Assembly (NCBI GenBank): GCA_038496445.1
Contig: JALMLS010000578.1
Location: forward strand, 186,001-250,000
DNA length: 64,000 nucleotides
Reading direction: 5' to 3'
Source: Trichosphaerium sp. ATCC 40318
Lineage: Eukaryota > Protista > Tubulinea
Part shown: piece by piece, positions 1 to 9,365 of the stretch
Position numbering within the stretch: position 1 is the first letter of the stretch
How the letters are laid out: every line of letters starts with the position of its first letter
Notes under the pieces: model-generated
Told to the model about the DNA's origin: nothing
Databases searched by the model: none
What the model saw: the letters and a program-made list of their open reading frames with translations, nothing else
Position numbers and translations under genes: made by a program

Positions 1-98
1 TCTTCAGAGGAAGGAACACCAACACAACGATATCAGTAAGCATTAAAGATACTAATAGTAGTTGACAAGACTGATGTAACATTAACTTTGCGACATAG

Positions 99-396
99 TT
101 CTCTCAAGATTGAAAACAAAGAATCAGACCATTTTATATTTAATGGCACAGATGATTTGACACACATGGAAGGATACAAAAGTACAGGTACACCTCATCC
201 TGAAGGAAAGGTATTGGCAACTTTTGAGGAGTTGAAGGAAGAAGATCATATTCTTCCTTGTATTGTTGAACTCGATAAGTTTAAAGGAAAATCAATGGCA
301 ATCAACTGCTTTGGGCAAACAGCCTCTTCAAAAGAAGGATCGAAGCTACTTGCCAACTCGTTATTGTATTGTGCAAAGACTTCTTCAAGCTCCTAG
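99..396 (+). CDS. Last exon of a paralog of the F-box gene at 5950-7185 (5' part lies outside the window)
   Basis: Same exon as the final exon of the 5950-7185(-) gene, preceded by the same GTAAGC...CATAG intron. Frame is open to TAG at 394-396. Confidence 0.7.
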
Positions 397-499
397 AATA
401 GACATACCAATACAACCCTACAGTAGTGACTAAAACATAAAGACTAAACCATAAATACATTACATGTTCTATCTCATTAAAGTTTACGATATCTGTTTT

Positions 500-790
500 T
501 CATCAATTCATTAGTGTTCCATTTCTATCTATTGCTTTTGGTTCTCCATTTATTTTACCATCAGCATACTTGAACTCCTCACACAAGAATCCAAATGCAT
601 CCACCGTTTAAATTCCATTGACAAACTTAAGCAATATGCCCATTCATCAGCTAAGAGATATATTGTGAGCTCTTGAATGCCACCACTATGTTTGACATAG
701 TTCCACTCCCTCTCAAGTTCACCATCTTTACCAAAAACTTTGAAACCTCCTTCTAGTTCCTCATTCGCGTGTCTACCATGTATAGCTAAG
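500..790 (-). pseudogene. Truncated, indel-damaged copy of the 3' half of the MORN-variant gene at 5104-5853
   Basis: Reverse complement of 5556-5853 with deletions (e.g. across the LQKGE codons) and no 5' part. Confidence 0.8.
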
Positions 791-1790
791 TGAGTATTAA
801 TCTAGTGCTAGCATTAGTATTTACCCAGTGTAAACAATCTCGTTAATCAAATTAAATCTCACTCACTCTTCTTTCTAGTGACTACAAAGGCCGAGTGGAA
901 TTTGAAAAGGGCATCAAGCAACCCAAGAGGTGTTTGAGAATGTTTTGAATAGGCACAGACAGGTTTCAGCCGAAATAGAGGAAGTAGAAGGTAAGTAACA
1001 ACAAGGTAAAAAAGTTGTTGTTTATTTTTGGGTCTTTTTTAAATATCGTCATATTGCAGTGCTCTAACATGGAATTGTATTGATTTTGAGGACCCTTGTA
1101 CCAAAACTATCGTTATATGCGAAAAGGAGAGCTTGACAGTGTCTAAGAGAGGTACTGTGCCATCTAGTTGTCAATCTATTTTGTTTTCGTTTAGTATCAA
1201 TCACATGAATCTAGTGCTATAGTTAGCGCTCATTTTCGTCCCTGTAGAGACTACAAACACCAAACACTAACAATTTTCTGCATGCAAACAACCTAAGCAC
1301 AAGTGTATTAGAAGAACCGGCACTTTGAGCTTCTCAGAGGTAGCAGTAGTAGTAGTAAATCAACTTCCCAAAACCCACAAGACACAGCCTTATGACTAAG
1401 AAAGAAGGCAAGAAAGAGGTGAAGGGAGAAGAAAATGATGTAGTGGTATACGAGGGTATATTCCTGCCAGTTATTAACCCCAACCTATATCCATCTACTA
1501 GCACGCCCACTTATTTTTAGGTTTTTTGCTTATTTCGTGCTAGTGTTACAGTTACCCTGTATATTATCCCCACCCCTATCTCTCTTGCTCAACCTTGTTG
1601 TTATGTACTAATGTTTGTTGTCCTGTAGTACACAAACTCAGAACAATCGTTTATCAGCAAGGAAAGGGCATCTACAAGTACATGTTAACCAACCGTAATC
1701 TCAATCTCAGATGGACAATTATAAGCCCCAACTCTAACATGTTGAAATAGAACAGATTGCAACTGGTAGTGGTGATATGTTATGATACCT
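791..1790 (+). pseudogene. Degenerate intron-containing gene of unknown function
   Basis: Series of splice-like signals (GTGAGT at about 790, TTTCTAG at about 878, AAG|GTAAGT at about 990, TTGCAG at about 1059, CCTGTAG at about 1247 and 1628) bounding purine-rich exon-like blocks, most with stops. Confidence 0.35.
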
Positions 1791-3014
1791 TTGACATGCT
1801 ACACTATTTGAGTGCAATCTGAAGTGGAAAACAAGTTAACTCTGCCTGGTACTTGAAGGAGCACATACGCATGTATGCTTTGCACTAAATAATCAATTGG
1901 GTTTTAACTACTTGTATTTGACACTTAGTTTTAGGTGTAACAGACTAACGAGATGTGTCTAGTTCTACTTCTCTACTTCCAAACAAATATGGCCAAGTCT
2001 GTGCTTTGGCAGCCCAAATCCAATAGTAGTAAATAAGACACGTGCTTGCTATTCATGACTCCCTTTAGAACCAACAATAATACTACAGCATACTTTAGTC
2101 TATTCCTGGAATTATCTCATTTTGGATTATAAATGCAACTCGTATGGAAGCACAGCATATACCACATCGTTTTACAATATGCAAGTGTACATTGTTTTAT
2201 TTTACCTTTTTTAAGCAACCACAGAGGCACCTTACAATTGAGGCTTAACTCAAAGCAAAGCTTCCAAACCCAAATGGCAATACCCCAAAAAGTTAATTTT
2301 CTCCAAGAGATTCAAAAGCAACTCTTGGGCATGCTAACCTGTCTACACGTTCTTTTTTGAGTTTAGTGAGTAGTCGGTATTTCTTAATGGGTTTTTTGAG
2401 TTTGACAGGTAAGTAGCAAGACACCTCTACGTGAGAGATTAAGTTAAAATGTTTTTGCATTTTTATAAAAAAGGCTAATATCCATGCCCATTTGGATGCA
2501 TATTTTTTGCATTTTCGCTACTGCTAGAAACAGCACAGTAGCACTATAAAAGAACAGCGGAGATGATTCCAGAAGCTTTTAATTAATAACAGTGAGTTTG
2601 GCTTATTCAGCGTATAGAGATATTGTTAGTTAATGAGTCCGCTGTTCTTTACTTTAAGCAATGATATCCATCCGTTCGTTGCATGTGAGGTTGGTTTAAA
2701 TAAATGAAAGCCGTAATTTTCGGGTTTTTTTTTTTCATTCAAAACGAAACAAATCGCCACCAATAAAGTGACAGTGTCGGTAAGTGTAGCTTGACACTGT
2801 TTAGGAGCGCACTAGGCCATTCATAGCTCTATTGCGGAAGTAAAAGAACCTGTTCAGTCCTTGTTTTTCTACCATTTTGCACGTGCTGCATTGTAGAACG
2901 CTAAAAATGATCACCAACAACCAAGAAAACGCTACGTACGCGCTAGTGAAATTGTGTTATGCTAAAAAGACTAACAATAGATACGTTAACACAATTACAG
3001 ACGATTGGCCTCAA

Positions 3015-3989
3015 ATGCGATTAATACAACTTCCAGTTGAGTTACAACTTGATATTATTGATTTAGACCCTATGCTATCAAAACAGGCAGCAATGACAAC
3101 ACGGTTCAACTACGACTTGAAAAAACATGGAAAATGGCTTAAAATCAACACAGCAACATCACAAATTTTAGAACAAGAGTATTTCAGTCATGGTAAACGT
3201 CACGGAAAGAGATTAAAATGGTATGACCAATTGGCAGTTAAGTCAAGTTACTGTAAAGGAGACCCTAACGAGCGGAGGCTGATGATACGTGCCAACTATG
3301 TCAATGGAAAAGAGCAAGGAAAGTATGAAGGGTGGTATATGAACGGTTTATTGAAGGAAACGTTCCATTTTGTTAACGGGAAAATGCATGGAGAATATAA
3401 ATATTGGTACGAGGATGGAACGATATACAATCATTTTGTATTCAAAAGTGAAAACGAAACTTACTGCGAGCAATGGTACGAAGATGGACAAATACGTCTA
3501 CAGTGTACGTATGTCAATGATAGACTTGAAGGAGAGTACAAGAGCTGGTACAATAATGGTAAACAAGAAGTGCATTGTAAGTATGTCAACAACAAACTTG
3601 AAGGAGAGTACAAGAGCTGGTACAATAATGGTGAACAAGAAGTGCATTGTAAGTATGTCAACAACAAACGAGAAGGAGAATGTAACAGGTGGTACAAGTA
3701 TGGCGAAAAGCAAGATCGTTGTATCTATCTCAATGGCAAACGAGAAGGAGAGTACACAAGATGGTACAATACTTCTTGCTATTACGATTATGAGTGGTTT
3801 CCTACTCAAGATTTTGAAGTTGGTTATCATTATAAAGATACACATTGTCATTATGTCAACGATAAACTTATTGGAGAGTTTCGAACATGGTACAAAAATG
3901 GCCATTTGAAATTCTTCTGTCGTTATGTTGATGGCAAACAAGAAGACTGTAAGTATTTTGATAAAAAAGGTAATGAGAAAAAGTATTGA
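3015..3989 (+). CDS. Intronless MORN-variant (YwqK-like) repeat protein with an F-box-like N-terminus
   Basis: Repeated G-E-Y-x-x-W-Y-x-N-G...Y-V-N-G-K units. N-terminus MRLIQLPVELQLDII resembles the F-box LPxE start. First plausible ATG is 3015 (ORF track starts at a TTG at 2877). Confidence 0.85.
   Translation: MRLIQLPVELQLDIIDLDPMLSKQAAMTTRFNYDLKKHGKWLKINTATSQILEQEYFSHGKRHGKRLKWYDQLAVKSSYCKGDPNERRLMIRANYVNGKEQGKYEGWYMNGLLKETFHFVNGKMHGEYKYWYEDGTIYNHFVFKSENETYCEQWYEDGQIRLQCTYVNDRLEGEYKSWYNNGKQEVHCKYVNNKLEGEYKSWYNNGEQEVHCKYVNNKREGECNRWYKYGEKQDRCIYLNGKREGEYTRWYNTSCYYDYEWFPTQDFEVGYHYKDTHCHYVNDKLIGEFRTWYKNGHLKFFCRYVDGKQEDCKYFDKKGNEKKY
3525..3668 (+). repeat. Near-perfect 72-bp tandem duplication (one 24-aa MORN unit)
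   Basis: LEGEYKSWYNNG(K/E)QEVHCKYVNNK twice; the two DNA copies differ at about one position. Confidence 0.95.
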
Positions 3990-5103
3990 TGAAGGAGTGC
4001 AACCAATAGCACAAAAATGAACAATAGAAGAACTGTACAAACAGAAAATAATAAAATTTTCCTTGAAATGGATATTTATTTGATATCACAGTGGTGATAG
4101 TTAATGCTCACAAAGCTTTTAAATGACAAGATGTATCCTTAAACAAATGAGTTTCTGTTTATTGATGAGAAAATGAAGCTTGAGATCTTCTGGAGCGGGT
4201 ATTTGGCCTACGAGCTGGTACACGTGCTGGAATGGCACCAGATGAAACCCATTTTCCAGATCCAACCCTACTTCCTTGACCGCCTTTGGCTATTGTTTTG
4301 GATACCAAGTAGGGCTCTTCCATTTCTTACCTGTGTGACTTGTCCCAATGTCATTAGACCACGAAGTATCTCTTTAAAACCCTGGCATTGGACATGTCCA
4401 GAAATAGTTGTTGCCAATGACGAGCCATGTAGCTAATATTTATTTATTATTTTTTTGGTACATGTTGATTATACTCGTGAGGCAATCTCACGTGATTTAT
4501 GACTTCATTTGACTATTGTGCAATTTGTTATTCAGTTAATTGTGAAGTGTACATTCAATACAGTTTTGTGAAATATCTCCGATTGTATGTTACAGATTTA
4601 CATAGGACTGCTCCCAATCGAACCGCAGTATGATTTTACATACCTACAAGATAAGTTTGCTCCTCAACAAGTGTGATGTGTGAGCGCAAGTTTTTTTTTT
4701 ACAAACCCAAGCATGGATCTTGGAATTCAGTTCATGGATGAGTAAGGGATTGCTTGGAATAGAAGCGCAATGTGATTTCACGTACAAACAAGCAGTTTAA
4801 ATTAAAAAAATAGTAACAGCGAAAATTGCTAAATTAGGTTTGTACTCTCCAACTCATTTGTTTTCTTTTATAAGTGCTTTAATAGTACAAACACAACAGC
4901 GAAGAAACAAGAAATGGTAAACTGCTTGAGCTAACAGTTTTTTAAACGTTGTTCTTCATACTTAGCTTCCCATATTCATTCTATTAGCTTAGAAAGCGTT
5001 ATGTATAGATATACAAGCGTTTTATTCTTTTTAAGGAGCGCTATTCCTTAAATTGGACATATATGTCCGATAGTACTTAAAGAGATACGAAAAATGGGTT
5101 CTT

Positions 5104-5853
5104 TTGTCGAAATATAAAGCAACGACAACAAGGTTTGACAATGACTTAAATAAATATGGGAAATGGTTCATAGATGGTAGATCTTGGATAAATGCCAAGC
5201 GCATAGAGCATTGGAGACATGGTAAATTACATGGAGAAGTGACAACATATTATGTTGGCTCTGATCAGTTGTATTCACATTCTCATTATGAGGAAGGTAA
5301 GCAACATGGAGTGCATATTGAATGGTATGATAATGGCCAAATGGAAAGAAAGATAAACTATTTCAATGGTAAACGACAAGGACTGTTTTGCAAATGGCAT
5401 TACAATGGTCAACTGCCTTCAAAGTGTGCCTATGTTAATGATATGAGAAAAGGCGAATACAAGGAGTGGTATACTAAAGGACAATTAAAGGGTGAACGCT
5501 CGTATGTCAACGATAGAAAAGTTGGAGAGTACAAGAATTGGTTCAGATGTGGAACCTTAGCTATACACGGTAGACATGTGAATGAGGAGCTAGAAGGAGG
5601 TTTCAAAGTTTTTGGTAAAGATGGTGAACTTGAGAGGGAGTGGAACTATGTCAATAGTGGCAGTAAAGAGCTCACAATATATCTCTTAGCTGATGCATGG
5701 GCATATTATCTAAGTTTGTCAATGTTACAGAAGGGAGAATTTAAACAGTGGTATGCATTTGGATTCTTGTGTGAGGAGTTCAAGTATGCTGATGGTAAAA
5801 TAAATGGAGACCCAAAAGCAATAGATAGAAATGGAACACTAATGAATCGATGA
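5104..5853 (+). CDS. Second MORN-variant repeat gene (possibly a pseudogene; no in-frame ATG at the ORF start)
   Basis: MORN-variant repeats (HGVHIEWYDNGQ, KGEYKEWYTKGQ). N-terminus LSKYKATTTRFDNDLNKYGKW aligns with LSKQAAMTTRFNYDLKKHGKW of the 3015 gene. Confidence 0.7.
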   Translation: MSKYKATTTRFDNDLNKYGKWFIDGRSWINAKRIEHWRHGKLHGEVTTYYVGSDQLYSHSHYEEGKQHGVHIEWYDNGQMERKINYFNGKRQGLFCKWHYNGQLPSKCAYVNDMRKGEYKEWYTKGQLKGERSYVNDRKVGEYKNWFRCGTLAIHGRHVNEELEGGFKVFGKDGELEREWNYVNSGSKELTIYLLADAWAYYLSLSMLQKGEFKQWYAFGFLCEEFKYADGKINGDPKAIDRNGTLMNR

Positions 5854-6343
5854 AAAACATATATTGTAAACTGAGAGAACCATGTAATGTATTTATGGTT
5901 TAGTTTTTATGTTTTAGTCACTATGTAGGGTTGTATTGGTATGTCTAGTCTAGGAGCTTGAAGAAGTCTTTGCACAATACAATAACGAGTTGGCAATTAG
6001 CTTTGATCCTTCTTGTGAAGAGGCTGTTGACGCATAGCAGTTGATTGCCATTGATTTTCCTTTAAACTTATCAAGTTCAACAATACAAGGAAGAATATGA
6101 TCTTCTTCCTTCATCTCCTCAAAAGTTGCCAATACCTTTCCTTCAGGATGAGGTGTACCTGTACTTTTGTATCCTGCCATGTGCGTCAAATCATCTGTGC
6201 CATTAAATATAAAATGGTCTGATACTTTGTTTTCAATCTTGAGAGAACTATGTCACAAAGTTAACGTTACATCAGTCTTGTGTCAACTACTATTAGTATC
6301 TTTAGTGCTTACTGATATCGTTGTGTTGGTGCTCCTTCTGAAT
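5556..6343 (-). repeat. Right arm of the inverted duplication
   Basis: Reverse complement of 1-790. Confidence 0.95.
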
Positions 6344-7185
6344 AACCTGTTTTTTCTTCAAATATTCTTGGAACTATTGCACTTACTCCAGCTTTTTCCC
6401 AGGCACCACCTTTTTTAAGAATTTAATATTCACAGAGTTAAAAAACCGTTGTTTCACTCTCTTACCAAGGTTTTCAGAACCTGAGCAGATTGAAAACACA
6501 AGCTGAATAACACCCACACCATCATCTATGAGTTCTTTAAAAACATCTCCCCATAGATCACGATCTAAACAGACAAAAAGTCAACACAAACATACATTTC
6601 AAAGAAATATCACGTGCGTTTTATCCACACATTATAGTAGAGAAAACAATGGCGTCATATCCTGTTAATCTTGTGCGTAACTCATCTTTGTCTTCTTTGT
6701 TTTTGAGCATCTCTTGGCGAAACACATCGACATTCCTAAATCAACAAATTAGACTCAAAAAAAGAAAAGCTGTTTGCGTTTTTTTTCTTCACCTGATGCC
6801 TAACTTTTTCAAACCTAATTGTATTGAACTTCCATCTACATATTTGTTGTAACAGACAAGGAATTTAGAACGAAATAAGCACTTGAAGATGTGCATCCAT
6901 GGATTCTGTTAAAAATAGATTATTACACAAAATAAGCACTCTAGCATTGTTTCCTTCACGTCCAGAGGTATAACAGCGAATAATAATAATATTACGTACT
7001 ACATCATTAGGAAATTGACTAAGCGTATTTGAGTCAATAGGTACTGCGTACTGCTTTCTACAGAATGCTTCTACCTCACAAGAAACGAAATAGCGCCATT
7101 GATTACAAACAAGGCTCCAATTAGCGTAATCAACTAAATCAACGCAGTATGACAATATTTCGGCTAGAATCTCTGGTATATCCAT
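5950..7185 (-). CDS. Multi-exon F-box protein with a C-terminal alpha/beta domain (class I glutamine amidotransferase-like fold suspected)
   Basis: F-box-like MDIPEILAEILSYC...WSLVCNQWR. Exons joined at GT-AG introns give NPWMHIFKCLF..., GYDAIVF, DRDLWGDVFKELIDDGVGVIQLVF, GGAW, ...GSKLIANSLLYC. Confidence 0.65.
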
Positions 7186-7345
7186 CGTTTAAGGGTTATG
7201 TGTTGGTGCAACACAATTCTGGTAGTTTACTGAAAAAACACACGTAATGGTTATAACTTAAATAGTTAAGTTTTTTGAAACTGAACACGTGACAATCAAC
7301 TTTGACATATCAACTTTCATTTACAACAGGGACATTTATTTGGGC

Positions 7346-7375
7346 TAGAGGTGGTCCCAGCATAGCCAGTTATAA
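7346..7375 (+). mobile_element. Solo terminus of the TAGAGGTGGTC MITE family
   Basis: TAGAGGTGGTCCC...GTTATAA matches the left end of the element at 32015. Confidence 0.5.
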
Positions 7376-7968
7376 AAATCTGGAGCTTCGATGGTATGAA
7401 ACTCAGCAACAAACTAATCAGCTAACCGTTTAAAAATGTGGTGTTGTACCATGGCTGTAACATGCAACAGCATATGTTACTATTCTCTGATTACATTTAA
7501 TCATGAGATTAGTGATCTCTCGATAATGAACATTATGTATTCTCTGAATTAACCTTTAATAAATACGCTATTATCCTACAACTAAGGCCGCTAGTTCTAT
7601 TGGAAGGCATAGTAGGCCATAATGTGCTTTATATGTCTATTGGTCATTAGCAATGCCAGACGTTAATATGTGGGTTAAAAAGGAAGGTGTGCCTGTTGTT
7701 TTGATGCCATTTCAATCAAGATTCATTGTTTTGCTACTTCAAGACTTCATTTTCTGGTCATATTTTTTCTTGACGCTGAGGAGATGCAACATCCTTGATC
7801 TCGCCTTTTATTGGAATAAACCTGAAAGATAAGTCCATTAACCTAAAACGCCCATGCACCTTTACCTAACTCGGAAAAGACCTTTATAGCATAAAAGCAA
7901 AAAAACAGATTCTAAATTTAAGAGTTTCAAACAGTATCTACCTCAGTCTCTATCTATTATTGGTTTAT

Positions 7969-8967
7969 TTACTGCTTGTGCATAGTAAGGTTTACAATGT
8001 TACTATTGACTAGTGAGCAATGCCCATAAACAGTATTCAAGTGCATCTTGTGCCTTTCTTTAAGTGTATTGACTCTAACAAATACTTGAAGAGGAAACAC
8101 ATCAGGTGTCTTATCATTTGCGACATAAGTATGATAGATTTTTCCTTCAAGAGAAAAGGTACCACGATGAGCAATATAATTTCTTCTAGCAGGACTGCGC
8201 CGGTATTGGCCTGACCTGTCTTTGGGTTCTATTGATGCATTGAAAAGGAAAGGTATCTCATATGTTTCCTTATCTCCTGGTTTCAAAGTTTCAGTAAAAT
8301 CAACCTTTTTTGTCCCACACCTGTACCTTCTTCTATCATGATATCTGTAGTTGTTGAAATACCCATCAGGATCTTTGACAGTAGGCTTCCAAATAAAAAA
8401 AGCTTGACCAGTTTGAATAACGGAACATTCATCAAGCCTATAGCCATGACCGAGAAATACTGTTTCTTCTTTTTTTCCAATATTCTCAAGTGTGAGTTTG
8501 AATGTTACTGTATCTCCTCTATGAATCTTTGTTTTATCACAACTCAGCTCCGCTATGATATTTGGAACAAGTTTATTTCTATACTTTTCTTTCCACGTGA
8601 TTGCGTTGAGATTATACAAAGTCGATGGCATTTCGATTGTATGTCGTATCCACTTTTTCGTTTCATGGCAGTATGTTGAGTAGGATTCGTTTAAATATTG
8701 CTTTAACTCGTTCTCTGCTAGTTCATGAACAAGTTTCTCTATTTCTTGAGCGTTAGAACCCCATTTCTGGTGGTATAAACGTTTATAGATGTATTCTTCG
8801 TCAGCTTGGATTGTATCCTTCAGAAAATGGTTTGATTGTTGTAATGAACCTAAATCTTGCCATGATAGGGTATTACTCACGATAATATTCAAGAGTATCT
8901 CCAAAGGTAGCAAAAACAAGTCTGTGGTATCCGTGTATGCCTCAAGTGAGGTGTGTTTCGATGTCAT
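7969..8967 (-). CDS. Intronless F-box protein with a C-terminal beta-rich (Ig-like) domain
   Basis: LLLPLEILLNII...WQDLGSLQQSNHFL F-box. C-terminus LSCDKTKIHRGDTVTFKLTLENIG...TLKPG is typical of Ig-like/CARDB-like sandwiches. Confidence 0.75.
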   Translation of the reverse strand: MTSKHTSLEAYTDTTDLFLLPLEILLNIIVSNTLSWQDLGSLQQSNHFLKDTIQADEEYIYKRLYHQKWGSNAQEIEKLVHELAENELKQYLNESYSTYCHETKKWIRHTIEMPSTLYNLNAITWKEKYRNKLVPNIIAELSCDKTKIHRGDTVTFKLTLENIGKKEETVFLGHGYRLDECSVIQTGQAFFIWKPTVKDPDGYFNNYRYHDRRRYRCGTKKVDFTETLKPGDKETYEIPFLFNASIEPKDRSGQYRRSPARRNYIAHRGTFSLEGKIYHTYVANDKTPDVFPLQVFVRVNTLKERHKMHLNTVYGHCSLVNSNIVNLTMHKQ

Positions 8968-9365
8968 TGCCGTTTCCTTCTAAAATTTAAGTGAACGGCT
9001 CTATCTCGCTTAATACTGCTTAACCTTTTCTTTCGCCTATGCTGAGCCAATAGTATTTGCTCCGAACCCTTCCTAATCGTTTTCAGAAGTGTGAGTGAGA
9101 GCCAACAATTTGTTTTCTCAGTCAAAAAAATCACGTCGAAATTTTGTAAAACGTCAAATCTATGCGCGAATGTGAGCCTTAGGCTGCGGATATATTTATT
9201 GTTTTCTTTTGTCATGGGTAACTGTATTCGTTTGTTTATCATCACCTAATAAAGTATTCTTGATGTCACCAAATCAATATACAACAGCGATTTTAAGGAT
9301 CGTATCTTTTGGACAACGTAGTTATAACATTTTATTTTTCTTGTGGTTTGTTTTTTTTTTTGGCA

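Larger units (their letters stand above)
1..790 (+). repeat. Left arm of an inverted segmental duplication (partner 5556-6343); probably continues past the left window edge
   Basis: 1-790 is the reverse complement of about 5556-6343 with scattered substitutions and indels. ORF 88-396(+) and ORF 5950-6189(-) encode nearly identical peptides (THMxGYKSTGTPHPEGKVLATFEE...ANSLLYCAKTSSSS). Confidence 0.95.

Noticed and set aside
3370-4089. Overlapping ORFs 3370-3909(+), 3461-3697(-), 3498-4040(-), 3868-4089(-)
   Set aside because: Alternative-frame and antisense shadows of the repetitive MORN gene.
1-6343. Inverted arms as TIRs of a large DNA transposon (e.g. Polinton/Maverick)
   Set aside because: The arms consist of ordinary gene 3' ends, and no integrase, polymerase or transposase lies between them.
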